Below are positions 9,863 to 19,943 of a DNA stretch of 64,000 nucleotides, piece by piece. How positions within the stretch are numbered: position 1 is the stretch's first letter; each line of letters opens with the position of its first letter. Made by a program: the position numbers and the translations under genes. Location of the stretch: NCBI GenBank assembly GCA_965116925.1, contig OZ220744.1, positions 96,001 to 160,000 of the forward strand, written 5' to 3'. The notes under the pieces were generated by a model. The model was not told the origin of the DNA. It saw nothing but the letters and a program-made list of their open reading frames with translations, and ran no database searches. Source of the stretch: Candidatus Poribacteria bacterium. GTDB taxonomy: Bacteria > Poribacteria > WGA-4E > PCPOR2b.

Positions 9863-10510
9863 ATGAGCAAATCAGAAATGAACCTATTCAAAAAATACAA
9901 ACCAGATAAAGGATATACCCGACTTATTGAGAGCGGTGAAATGGGAATAACAGGACTTGATTTTGGTATCCTCAATCTCGGTGTTGGTGAATCTTTCTTT
10001 GAAGACACCGGGGGTAACGAGGTAATGCTGGTAGTACTCGGAGGTCAATGCGAATTGCTTGTTGGGCATAACGGGAATAAAGCCCACGGACTCATTGGGG
10101 ACCGTGCAGATGTCTTTGAAGGCGAGGCATATCGCGCATCCATTCCTTATCGAACAACATACGAAATTCTTGCACACGAGGAGCCTGTCGAAGTCGCGGT
10201 TTGTAAAACGCCCTCCTTTCTTGAAACAGCAGCTGTCATCCTTGAACCGGGCGACGATTTCAATCGTGGCGAGCATGGTCTGATTATCAGTGAAACACCT
10301 GCCAACTCAATCTCTGGCGAAGCGATCTGCTTCTACCGTTTCACACCCGCGGACGGGCACGCCTCTCAACGCATCTACAGCGAAAGAGATACGTTTGAAC
10401 AATCCGTGAGCGTCCGTCACAATAACGTCCTCGCATTGTCCAAAGGCTATCACGCCGAATTTGCGGAGGTGGAAGCTCGGTTGTATTGCCTTCAGATTTC
10501 TGGTTCGTGA
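9863..10510 (+). CDS. IolB/KduI-like (5-deoxy-glucuronate isomerase) protein, shortened
   Basis: NEVMLVVLGG, DRADVFEG, GYH motifs; the usual SSYPPHKHD segment is absent. Confidence 0.65.
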   Translation: MSKSEMNLFKKYKPDKGYTRLIESGEMGITGLDFGILNLGVGESFFEDTGGNEVMLVVLGGQCELLVGHNGNKAHGLIGDRADVFEGEAYRASIPYRTTYEILAHEEPVEVAVCKTPSFLETAAVILEPGDDFNRGEHGLIISETPANSISGEAICFYRFTPADGHASQRIYSERDTFEQSVSVRHNNVLALSKGYHAEFAEVEARLYCLQISGS

Positions 10511-10534
10511 TCTATAAAAGGGAGATGAAAAATC

Positions 10535-11302
10535 ATGGAGATTACCACGGCACAGACGGATCATTTTCACACGCACGGATTCTTCTTTGTACCTAACCCT
10601 TTTGGCGAGGGACGAATGTGCACAATTGATCGGATCGCTGTGGAAAGCGAGGAAAAATGGGCGAGCACAGATTGGCCCAATGGACTCAACAAACTTGCCT
10701 GCCAATTTCTTACGGTGGGGGAGCCAATCCTTCAGATAGTGGAGCAACCACAACTCATTGAGACTGCTAAACGATTGTTAGACTGCGAGCAGGTGCATGT
10801 AGGTGCATGTGGCTTGGGAGATGCGTTGAGGGCTATCTCCGAGAGTCAGGGTCTACACCGGCAGGTTTATTGGCACGCCGATGGCGGTCCCGATGTCAAA
10901 CAGGTGTCCTTCCGAACGGGACTCGACCGGCACGATCCGACGAATGCGCCACTGCGCATCTTGCCTGGCAGCCATCTGAGAGCGAGGGAAGAGATCTGGG
11001 AAGAACTGTTACAGTTGGAAATTGCTACGGGACAGCATGATTTTTCACCGAAGGAACTTCATGCGAAGCACCCCGCCGAGGTTGAGGTGCTCCTCGATCC
11101 GCGCTGGACGTTGGTCTGGACACCGAGCTGCTGGCACGCTACAGGTGTCAAGACGGCTGCCGGTCCCCGCCGGGCGATGGGTTGGAACTACTTTCCCGCC
11201 GGCGGCAGAAAGCGTGATGTAGAGGCGTTGAAATACATTTTTCCCAAAGAATGGGAAGATTGGAGCGATGAACGAAAGCAGCTCTGGGGACTGCTAGACT
11301 GA
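10535..11302 (+). CDS. PhyH-family dioxygenase
   Basis: WHAD, ILPGSH, WHA motifs. Confidence 0.88.
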   Translation: MEITTAQTDHFHTHGFFFVPNPFGEGRMCTIDRIAVESEEKWASTDWPNGLNKLACQFLTVGEPILQIVEQPQLIETAKRLLDCEQVHVGACGLGDALRAISESQGLHRQVYWHADGGPDVKQVSFRTGLDRHDPTNAPLRILPGSHLRAREEIWEELLQLEIATGQHDFSPKELHAKHPAEVEVLLDPRWTLVWTPSCWHATGVKTAAGPRRAMGWNYFPAGGRKRDVEALKYIFPKEWEDWSDERKQLWGLLD

Positions 11303-11497
11303 AACTCGTTAACACAAGACTAACACGGACTTAAGAATTTTCTGGTGAGAGAAAAGTGCTGAAAACCAATTGTCACTATGATTTGTTGAAGAGATAACAC
11401 TCAGGAGAGGTCTCGGACTGCTGGGGCTCTGTTATTAGCCTATCACCCCAGAACTTCAATGCCCATTATTTTCTGCCACTGTGTCTCGGTGGTTCAA

Positions 11498-12688
11498 TTA
11501 GGACAGATGTCTAGCTTGTGGCATAGGCGATGGTAAATCATGGAACAAATGTTTTAAAATAGCGTCAACGACCATCTCATGGGCTCGGACAACAATCAGA
11601 TCTATATATTGGCTATGTGCAAACATCTCTTGTGCGTGATGTTTCAGAGATGCCATTGTTGGTAGATCGGAACGACAAATCTCCGCGAGAAAAGCGCGAG
11701 CAGAGGGCCGGGATTGGCGGACTCGTTGGCGTAGCTCTTCAAATCTGGGTGTGTGTGCCCACGCTTGGCGAATTTGCTCACCGATAGCTTCAATCGGGAA
11801 ACTCGCTGCCAACCGTTGGGCGACTCGTTCGATGACGTTTCTTGGTATACCACGTATCCCTTGAACTACGGTGGCAGGTGGAGCGTGAAGGTCCCAAACA
11901 ATTCTAAAAAACGATAGGAATTTCAAAACGTAATATGTCAAATCGATCTGCCACCAATGGAACCCTTGGCGGGTTGAACTTTGAAAATAGTGGTGGTTGT
12001 TGTGCCATCCTTCACCAAAGGTGATGAGTGCCAGAAACCAGTTGTTGCGCGAGTCATCCCCGGTGACGTAAGACTGTTTGCCGATAAGGTGAGCCAGCGA
12101 GTTAATCGCAAATGTGCAGTGAAAGAGGAGCATCGTACTGATGAAGAAACCGACCACCAGTCCAGACCAACCGGAAACCAACCACACCCCGACTCCCAAC
12201 AGTGCTGGTGGTACGTGTTTGTACTTGTTGAGCCAAACGAGCTCAGGAAATTTCATAAAATCTTTTATCAAGCCATAATCCGCTTGGCACTTGGTTGCCG
12301 AAAAAATCCAACCGAAGTGGGCAAACCAGAAACCGTTTTGAAGTGGCGAGTGTACATCTTGTGGAGTATCGGAGTATTTATGATGTTTGCGATGATGGGC
12401 CGCCCACCAAAGCGCGCCTTGTTGTGCTGACGACTGTGCAACGAACGCGAGTAAGAATTGGAATACACGGCTGGTTTTGAAAGAGCGATGTGAAAAATAT
12501 CGATGATAGCCACCTGTAATGGCAAACATGCGGATGGCGTACAATGCGCCACAAAGCATCAGGTCTGAAGCCTGAAAACCGGTCCAGATGACCGCAAGAC
12601 AGGCAAGATGAACGAGTGCGAAGGGGATGACTGCGGGGTAAATAATGTCAGTCTCATCGGCATGACGCGCAGTCTTAGGGAAAGACAC
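11498..12688 (-). CDS. Acyl-CoA/lipid delta-9-type fatty acid desaturase
   Basis: His boxes HRYFSH, HRKHH, HNNHH; GEGWHNNHH. Confidence 0.93.
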   Translation of the reverse strand: MSFPKTARHADETDIIYPAVIPFALVHLACLAVIWTGFQASDLMLCGALYAIRMFAITGGYHRYFSHRSFKTSRVFQFLLAFVAQSSAQQGALWWAAHHRKHHKYSDTPQDVHSPLQNGFWFAHFGWIFSATKCQADYGLIKDFMKFPELVWLNKYKHVPPALLGVGVWLVSGWSGLVVGFFISTMLLFHCTFAINSLAHLIGKQSYVTGDDSRNNWFLALITFGEGWHNNHHYFQSSTRQGFHWWQIDLTYYVLKFLSFFRIVWDLHAPPATVVQGIRGIPRNVIERVAQRLAASFPIEAIGEQIRQAWAHTPRFEELRQRVRQSRPSARAFLAEICRSDLPTMASLKHHAQEMFAHSQYIDLIVVRAHEMVVDAILKHLFHDLPSPMPQARHLS

Positions 12689-12851
12689 TTGTAGTTATAT
12701 TCCTTTCTTGGTTTGTTGTGAGTGGATACGCTGCTGCCATTCTGGACTATTAAGGAGGGCAGCGGGTAACATCGCCTGAGTGTGTCCAAGTAACGTGTGC
12801 ATCTTAAGCGATCTCTTGATTAGCGAGAACAAATCCCGCATAGAATTTTTA

Positions 12852-14099
12852 TCAAGGCGAGCGGCGACGGGGGTTATTCCTACCTTTATTGGGACGAATG
12901 CGGTTCCGCTTGTGGCGTGATAGTGTCTTTCGTAGCGGCTTTGAATGGTTCTTTTGGAATTGGTTTTCAGATACAGAATTACCGTAATCAAAATCAGGTA
13001 GCCGCCGCCGCTCGATTCGTGTCCCCAGCAGTTTTTCAATGTCGCGTATCATCTGCTCATCCGCTCGTCCGGTAAGCGTGAATGCTTCACCAGACCGGTG
13101 AGCGCGACCCGTGCGACCAATCCGGTGAGTGTAGGCATCGACGGTATCGGGGATATCGAAATTGATCACGTGCGATATTTCCGACACGTCTATACCGCGC
13201 GCAGCAACGTCCGTGGCGACAAGAATGTCGTATTTACCATCGCGAAAACCATTGATTGCTTTCTGCCGCTGACTCTGCGACATGTTACCTTGCAGTGCTG
13301 CTGCGCGATAACCACCCTTTTCCATGTCGCGCGCCAGGTTACGAGCGCGATACTTGGTGCGGGTAAAGATCAAGACCCGGCCGGTGGGTGTCTGTTGCAA
13401 CATTGCTAGCAGCAGATCTTTCTTGAGGATATCGGGCACCGGATAGAGCGCGTGTGAAACGGTCTCCACCGGAGCAGTCTTTCCGATTTGGACTACGACC
13501 GGATCTTTGAGGATATTATCTGCTAGTTCGCGGCTATCTTCCGGCATTGTCGCTGAGAAGAAAAGCGTCTGGCGTTGAGCCGGCAGTAGCTTGAGGATGC
13601 GGCGAATATCGGGGAGAAAGCCCATATCGCACATGCGATCAGCTTCGTCCAACACCAGCACCTCAACGCACGATAGGTCGATATCGCCATCGTAAACGAG
13701 GTCAAGCAGGCGACCGGGACAAGCAATAACAATCTCTGCGCCACTCCGCAGCCGTGAGACTTGAGAAACTTTGCTCACACCGCCGTAGATGGATACGCTG
13801 CTCACATCGGTATCTTTGCCAAGATCAAGACCCATCTGGTGAATCTGTTCAGCGAGTTCGCGTGTAGGCGCAATAATGAGGGCACGCACACGACGGAACG
13901 GGCCTTTGCTTAACCGTTGTAAAATAGGCAGCATGAAAGCTGCGGTTTTACCCGTGCCGGTATGGGCTAAACCCATCACATCATGCCCTTCGAGCACCAT
14001 GGGGATAGTTTGCTGCTGAATCGGGGTAGGCGTAGTGTAATTGGCTGCTTTAATTCGGGCGACAATGCGCCGGTCAAAAGAAAATTGTTCAAAATTCAC
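12852..14099 (-). CDS. DEAD-box RNA helicase (RhlE-like)
   Basis: TGTGKT, PTRELA, DEAD, SAT, HRIGRTGR; GTG start at 14099 with AAGGAG RBS; basic C-terminal tail. Confidence 0.95.
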   Translation of the reverse strand: MNFEQFSFDRRIVARIKAANYTTPTPIQQQTIPMVLEGHDVMGLAHTGTGKTAAFMLPILQRLSKGPFRRVRALIIAPTRELAEQIHQMGLDLGKDTDVSSVSIYGGVSKVSQVSRLRSGAEIVIACPGRLLDLVYDGDIDLSCVEVLVLDEADRMCDMGFLPDIRRILKLLPAQRQTLFFSATMPEDSRELADNILKDPVVVQIGKTAPVETVSHALYPVPDILKKDLLLAMLQQTPTGRVLIFTRTKYRARNLARDMEKGGYRAAALQGNMSQSQRQKAINGFRDGKYDILVATDVAARGIDVSEISHVINFDIPDTVDAYTHRIGRTGRAHRSGEAFTLTGRADEQMIRDIEKLLGTRIERRRLPDFDYGNSVSENQFQKNHSKPLRKTLSRHKRNRIRPNKGRNNPRRRSP

Positions 14100-14475
14100 T
14101 GGAAGTACTCCTTGAGCCTGTTGAGCCAAGTTGTACTCTCAGCTCGATGATGTTTTGCTAATTGCTTTGCTAATTATGCAGCCAATTAATTGTTCGCACA
14201 AACAGGACCTTTTGGCTGACGTTGAACTAACGTTATCACGATTTATCGGTCATTTTTGACAGCGATTAGGACTTCAGAAGTGCCAATCTTTACTAATACT
14301 TTAACCACGTTGCGCAGAGAATTACAAGCGATACATCCGTTTCGCTGCACGGATTTTTATACTTTTCTTTGAATCGTCCGTCAAGGCAACTTAAAGCAAT
14401 TCTTGAGAGATTGTGAATGAGGCGTTTGGCGGAGTTTGCGTAGGACTTCCTCTGATTAATCTCCGTATTCTGGAT

Positions 14476-15006
14476 TTACTCTGAATCATCTTGAACTGGA
14501 TTGGCAGGGGGATCTTCGGTGATCCCAGAGATTTTCCTGCTGACAAGCGTTGGCGCGGCATCAAGGTTTTTCACCTCCATCATCGAAGCGATTCTTTGAA
14601 GGGTGGAAAGTAATGATGTTTGTTCCCAATTCTCAAGTTTCTCAAATTCTTCCACGAAACGGTTGTGGAGTAGCGATGGGGCATTGGCAAGTGCCCTTTT
14701 GCCCAAATCGGTGAGTTTTACGAAAACACTGCGCTTATCCTCATCGGCGCGTCTTCGTTCTATCAAGCCACGCCTTGAAAGCCGGTTGAGTATTCCCGTG
14801 ACCGTTGCATTGCTAAGGTTGACGTTTTCCGCCAGTTGACCTGCTGTTATCTTCCCTGACCGTGAAATTTCACCTAGGACGATAAGTTGAGGTGTTGTCA
14901 ACCCGTGGTAGCGTACGAGATAACTCGAATAGAGATCGATTGCCCGCATGATACATCTGAGTGCCATAAGCACTTCATCCCGTATATCTTTTTGATCTAG
15001 AGCCAT
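14476..15006 (-). CDS. MarR-family regulator, EctR/CosR-like
   Basis: ALRCIMRAIDL, GLTTPQL, ATVTGILNRL, DKRSV and WEQ..LLSTLQRIASMM...LDAAP recalled as typical of EctR/CosR. Confidence 0.85.
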   Translation of the reverse strand: MALDQKDIRDEVLMALRCIMRAIDLYSSYLVRYHGLTTPQLIVLGEISRSGKITAGQLAENVNLSNATVTGILNRLSRRGLIERRRADEDKRSVFVKLTDLGKRALANAPSLLHNRFVEEFEKLENWEQTSLLSTLQRIASMMEVKNLDAAPTLVSRKISGITEDPPANPVQDDSE

Positions 15007-15063
15007 TGTAAGTCCTTCCTATAAAGAAAGAATATGCAACGAAATTATACGGAGTAAAAGTCT

Positions 15064-15107
15064 TGTTTAGTATGCTAAATAATAACATGTGAAAACTTGT
15101 AAGTCAA
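15064..15107 (-). promoter_or_regulatory. Sigma70 promoter with overlapping MarR-type operator
   Basis: TTGACT-17-TATTAT; inverted repeat TATTTAG-CATA-CTAAACA (15064-15081) overlaps the -10. Confidence 0.65.
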
Positions 15108-15554
15108 GACGAAACACTGATACTACGAAACATCAGTTCAATATAGGGAACGAGGAGACAGGGAGCGGGAGAGAATTACGAATCGCAAATTGAGAAATCC
15201 AGCCCTATCTTCTCGTTGGAACTTCCCTTATTGGAACTGGTCTTATGCCCGTCCTTCCTGCCCTGTATCTTTGCGGTTAATTGAAGGAAATTGGCATACT
15301 TGCGCCGAATTCATGTTACAAACTCGAATTGTTGAGACAATATTACAGCGGGAGATATTGAAGGGCGTTTAAGTAAATAAAAAAATTAGTGTGCAAAATA
15401 CTTATTTTTCATGGAAGTTGCTTCAGCGACTCAGGCGAGTTTTAGGTATGTGATTTTGGCTAGATCCTGAGGTGCCTGCAATAGAATTTAAGCACTCGAT
15501 AAAGATTGCTTCACAATTGAACGTCGACGTGGAGTGTCGGATGGTAGAATTGAC

Positions 15555-15764
15555 TATAGTGAATTCAAAAAATAAATAGACACTTTCGCCTCCCGGTAGG
15601 TGCGGTTTTATGAAGTTTAAGAATTTCAATCGGTAATCCCGATTTTCCTCCAAACATATGGTAGGTGCTGTTACAAACAGCGCCTACCCAACGGTAGACC
15701 GGTATTTTCGTTTTCGTAGCCCGCCCCGATTTGGAGTGCCTCATTAATTCTACAATCTACTATA
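15555..15764. mobile_element. MITE family B, copy 2 (long, several REP-like palindromes)
   Basis: Same ends as 991-1076; internal GGTAGGTGCTGTT..AACAGCGCCTACC hairpin. Confidence 0.8.
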
Positions 15765-15936
15765 GCAACAAACCCAATGCTTTAGCCTTAGGTCCAACAC
15801 GGTAATTTTGTATGCTTCTGTCTATAAACTATGGTATAATTGAGACGTCTTTCGGTGGGGGAATATTCCCCCTATCGCCCGATAGGGTCTCCCACCTCTC
15901 AGTGATATGGAAAAGGATAAACACAAAGACACTCCT

Positions 15937-16053
15937 ATGTCAAAAACACACAAGATAGCCCTGAATCCCAATAACGTTCAAGCACTGAACAACAGCTATT
16001 GGTCAGGCTATCATAAGAATCCCAAGCATCTATGCTTGAGAGCAGTCAAATAA
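15937..16053 (+). pseudogene. N-terminal remnant of an IS605/IS607-family TnpB
   Basis: Translates MSKTHKIALNPNNVQA..., matching the HKIAL.PNN.QA start of TnpB HTH_OrfB_IS605 domains; diverges and stops after 38 aa. Confidence 0.55.
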
Positions 16054-16077
16054 CTCAAGTGAGGAAAAAGAAATGCT

Positions 16078-17274
16078 ATGAATACTAATCCTGTTGTCAT
16101 TGGCATGATCGGTGCGGGCTTTTCCGCGACGTTCCACGTTCACAACTATCGGCTTGTTCCCGGCTTGGACGTTCAGATCAAGGGGGTCACTGCGAGGAGC
16201 CAAGAGAGTGCGACCGCCTTTGCCCAAGAACACAATATAGAAACAGTTTATCCCACAGCGGAAGCTCTCTTTGCGGACGAGGAAATAACTGTCGTCGATC
16301 TCTGTGTCCCCAACTACCTACACTATCCGCTAACGATTCAGGCAGCCGAAGCCGGCAAACACATTATCTGTGAAAAACCACTGACAGGCTATTTTGGCGA
16401 TGGCGGGGAAACGCTTGTGGGACGAGAGACATCCCGGCGTAAGATGTTTGAAGCCGCGCTACAGGCGGCCGACGAAATGGTGGACGCTGTTAAGAGCAAC
16501 GGTGTGACGTTCTGCTACGGGGAGAATTGGGTGCACGCGCCAAGCATACAGAAGGCAAACGACATTCTTGCACAGAGCGACAACACCATCCTCCGCATCA
16601 TTGCCGAAGAGTCGCACAGCGGATCGCATTCCGATTACGCAAAGGAATGGCGATACTCCGGGGGTGGTGCGCTTTACAACAAGGGCTGTCATCCCGTTGG
16701 TGGGACGCTCTACCTGAAATACAACGAAGGGCAGCGGAAATACGGGAAACCCATCAAACCAAAAAGCGTTGTCGCAGAGGTCGCAAACCTGACGCATATT
16801 GAAAGTTTTGTTAATGAGGACGAAAAGTGGATCAAGGAAGGGTGGAAGGACTGCGAGGATTGGGGATCGATGATCATTACATTTGACGACGACACCGTCG
16901 CGCAGATTACCGCATCAGATATTGTGCTTGGCGGTATTCAGAACGTCCTGACAGTCTATTCAAGCAAAGCTGTGGTGCAGTGCAACATCAACCCAAACAC
17001 AGGGATGCTGACATACACACCGAGCGATCACGTTTTGGGTGATACCTATATTCGGGAGAAGGTGGAGACCCGTGCAGGTTGGCAACTGACCAACCCCGAC
17101 GAGGATTGGATGAACGGTTTCCCGCATGAACTTACAGACTTCTGCCAAGCAATTGCTTACGGACGACCGCCCAAAAGCACGGTAGAGCTGGGGCGGGACA
17201 TCCTCGCAGTGTGCTATGGGGCTTATATTGCGGCGGAAACCGGTGAGCGTGTCGATCTCTCTGAATGGATGTAA
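16078..17274 (+). CDS. Gfo/Idh/MocA oxidoreductase
   Basis: GMIGAGF, ICEKP, GGGAL. Confidence 0.92.
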   Translation: MNTNPVVIGMIGAGFSATFHVHNYRLVPGLDVQIKGVTARSQESATAFAQEHNIETVYPTAEALFADEEITVVDLCVPNYLHYPLTIQAAEAGKHIICEKPLTGYFGDGGETLVGRETSRRKMFEAALQAADEMVDAVKSNGVTFCYGENWVHAPSIQKANDILAQSDNTILRIIAEESHSGSHSDYAKEWRYSGGGALYNKGCHPVGGTLYLKYNEGQRKYGKPIKPKSVVAEVANLTHIESFVNEDEKWIKEGWKDCEDWGSMIITFDDDTVAQITASDIVLGGIQNVLTVYSSKAVVQCNINPNTGMLTYTPSDHVLGDTYIREKVETRAGWQLTNPDEDWMNGFPHELTDFCQAIAYGRPPKSTVELGRDILAVCYGAYIAAETGERVDLSEWM

Positions 17275-17364
17275 AAGGTTCGTTGGGACTGAAGAGAGGT
17301 CCGACGATTTTTCTTTAACCTAACTTAATAAGAACCACTCGGTAACTTTACAAGGAGCCATCCC

Positions 17365-17766
17365 ATGAAATACATTGTAAAAACCAACGAGATGCCATGG
17401 CAACCTAAGTTCTTTCCCGGCGAGGAGCAGCAGTACGGCGACTTCAAACCCCTATGGCAAGAACACGGCACAGAACAGTTTGAAGTCCGGCTGACGCGGA
17501 TTCCGGGCGGCGAGACAAATACGAAATACCACACCCATACAAAAGAGGAAGAGTGGTTCTACGTGTTAAGCGGTTCATGCCACATCCATATTGAAGGGGA
17601 GTGGTATCCCATCGAACAAGGTGATTCCGTTTTTAAGCCGACCGGTGCGTATCACATCTTTAGAAACTTCGGGACAGAACCTTGTGAACTGATCATGTTG
17701 GGGACCAATGTGGAGGGAAATGAGGTGCATCGCCTGCCGGAACCGGAACCACCGGAAACAAAATAG
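17365..17766 (+). CDS. Cupin-domain protein
   Basis: HTH...EE.FYVLSG...GD....P.G..H.F.N. Confidence 0.9.
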   Translation: MKYIVKTNEMPWQPKFFPGEEQQYGDFKPLWQEHGTEQFEVRLTRIPGGETNTKYHTHTKEEEWFYVLSGSCHIHIEGEWYPIEQGDSVFKPTGAYHIFRNFGTEPCELIMLGTNVEGNEVHRLPEPEPPETK

Positions 17767-17791
17767 ATTAGAAATAATTAAAATCTCACTC

Positions 17792-18631
17792 CTAAGTGCC
17801 GGTGTCTTCCCTGAAGCGAAATGCGGGTTCTTTGGTAAAACCTGTGGAGGTGATGGTCGGGCACAGATGTTTCTCAATATGCTCGACTATCAAGTCAGTT
17901 CCGCGGAAGTGATTAAACTCAGATGATACAGGTTGAAAAAACGAATCCGTCAGGTCACGGCATAACACAACGTTTTTTCCATGGTAGACCATCTGCCTGA
18001 GCCCAAATGGTCGTCCAGAAACGCAGATATTGGTGTGAACGCCCATCAGAATGACATTGTCGATGCCACGCGCCTCCATTAGGTTATAGACTTCTTGACC
18101 ATCGTCGCTGATTGCATCTTCGGAGGCAATCTCAATCGTCTCGATTTGCCGAGTCCAAGGTACTTTTCCACCCTTCCACTGTCGGGTTCCTTGATCATCA
18201 GCGACCCAACCGGGACACGGTTCGCTACATCCACACCCACCATTCCGCATGAAAGACAGCGGTTCTCCCTCACGTTCAGGATCCCAATAGTTCCACTTGA
18301 TTTCAACCGGCGATTCAGTAAGCGGTGCCTCTATAGCTCGCTGACGTTGCGGCGTGTCATCATAAAACGACATCGTGCCGCTCGGCGCATGGATGATAAA
18401 CACGCCAGCCTCCCGCGCTGCTGACACCATCCGATTCATCATTGGCACCATCTCCGCGACGCGGCGGGCAGCGGCTTTGCACGTATGATCATCCCACATA
18501 TCACAAATAATGATTGTAGTTTGTCGTGGATCCCAGTGGACGGTTTGAACGCTCTCCTGATCCTCGCACCTACTGCGCTGTTCCAGCAAGAGGCTTTCCT
18601 GATTCTGACTTGTCATTGTTTTCCCTGCCAA
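17792..18631 (-). CDS. Isochorismatase/cysteine hydrolase family protein
   Basis: IICDMW, IIHAPS, GVHTNICV, RDLTD. Confidence 0.85.
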   Translation of the reverse strand: MAGKTMTSQNQESLLLEQRSRCEDQESVQTVHWDPRQTTIIICDMWDDHTCKAAARRVAEMVPMMNRMVSAAREAGVFIIHAPSGTMSFYDDTPQRQRAIEAPLTESPVEIKWNYWDPEREGEPLSFMRNGGCGCSEPCPGWVADDQGTRQWKGGKVPWTRQIETIEIASEDAISDDGQEVYNLMEARGIDNVILMGVHTNICVSGRPFGLRQMVYHGKNVVLCRDLTDSFFQPVSSEFNHFRGTDLIVEHIEKHLCPTITSTGFTKEPAFRFREDTGT

Positions 18632-18703
18632 TCATTATTGCCATAAGGAGTTGGAAGAATAGAAGAAATCAGTTGCTTCCATTCTTCCCCTGAAATTGCG
18701 CGA

Positions 18704-19702
18704 TTACTCTTCAAACGCTGAATCAAACGCCCGGGCGGATGGCTCAAAATCGTAGCCTTTGACTTTGGCACAGGCTTCGCGTGCCCCGTGCTCCCGATCC
18801 ATACCGCTGTCCTCCCATTCAATAGAGAGGGGCCCATCATATTCAATATTATTGAGTGCACGGATGATTTCTTCAAACTCGATATTGCCGCGACCGATTG
18901 ACCGAAAATCCCAATACCGTCGAGCGTCGCCGAAATCCAAATGTCCACCAAAGACACCAGAGAGGCGCGGTGTCGACGACCACCACACATCTTTCATATG
19001 GGCGTGGTAGATGCGATCGCTGAACTGTCCAATAAACGCAACATAATCAACACCCTGATAGCCAAGGTGGCTTGGATCGTAGTTGAAACCGAATGTTTCA
19101 CGTCCATTGACCGCTTCGATGGCGCGTTCTGAACTCACAATGTCGAAGGCAATCTCGGTCGGATGGACCTCAAGCCCGAACTTAATCCCGACCTCATCGA
19201 ACACATCAAAAATTGGATTCCAGCGGTTGGCGAAATCCTCAAAACCCGCATCAATTTGGGCAGGATCATTGGGAGGAAAAGAATAGAGCAAGTGCCAAAT
19301 GCTGCTACCCGTAAATCCGTTGACGACACTCACGCCGAGTTTTGCTGCAGCACGGGCGGTCTTTTTCATCTCTTCCGCAGCACGTCCACGAACCCCTTCA
19401 GGATCGCCATCGCCCCAGATATCGGGTGACAGGATAGCTTCGTGGCGGCTGTCAATATTGTCGCAAACTGCCTGCCCGACAAGGTGATTACTAATTGACC
19501 AGACCTTTAGTCCGTATTTCGCTAAAAGGTCATGTCGTCCTTGGCAATAGCCATCGTCTTCGAGGGCTTTATCAACTTCAAAGTGATCTCCCCAACATGC
19601 CAATTCCAGTCCGTCGTATCCCCAATCGCTAGCTTTTTGCGCTAGCTCTTCAAGCGATAAATCCGCCCACTGCCCCGTAAATAGTGTTACAGGTCTTGCC
19701 AT
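18704..19702 (-). CDS. Sugar phosphate isomerase/epimerase (xylose-isomerase-like TIM barrel)
   Basis: [30 protein letters not shown]. Confidence 0.93.
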   Translation of the reverse strand: MARPVTLFTGQWADLSLEELAQKASDWGYDGLELACWGDHFEVDKALEDDGYCQGRHDLLAKYGLKVWSISNHLVGQAVCDNIDSRHEAILSPDIWGDGDPEGVRGRAAEEMKKTARAAAKLGVSVVNGFTGSSIWHLLYSFPPNDPAQIDAGFEDFANRWNPIFDVFDEVGIKFGLEVHPTEIAFDIVSSERAIEAVNGRETFGFNYDPSHLGYQGVDYVAFIGQFSDRIYHAHMKDVWWSSTPRLSGVFGGHLDFGDARRYWDFRSIGRGNIEFEEIIRALNNIEYDGPLSIEWEDSGMDREHGAREACAKVKGYDFEPSARAFDSAFEE

Positions 19703-19793
19703 CTTATTCCTCCTTAGTATTAGGTCGTCAAAAGTAAAGAGTTGGTAAGGGATCTGTCAACTCCAAAGGATGATAGGTTTTACATTTCTCTTC

Positions 19794-19937
19794 GGCTCAT
19801 GTTAGGAAATCGTGCAACAGAAACCGATTGAGTACGTTAGTTGCCCCGTTCAGTAATGAACTAATGAACCCATGAACAAAGTCTTCACGTTTCACGCATC
19901 ACGTTTTTGCATTTTGCACTTTCTTTTGACATGAGCC
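19794..19937. mobile_element. MITE family A, copy 2
   Basis: GGCTCATGT...ACATGAGCC; flanks TTCTCTTC/TTCTCTTT (7/8); cargo is short tandem repeats. Confidence 0.8.
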
Positions 19938-19943
19938 TTCTCT

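Noticed and set aside
12695..13039. 114-aa ORF between helicase and desaturase
   Set aside because: Mostly overlaps the helicase in another frame; a short 3' part cannot be excluded but is unsupported
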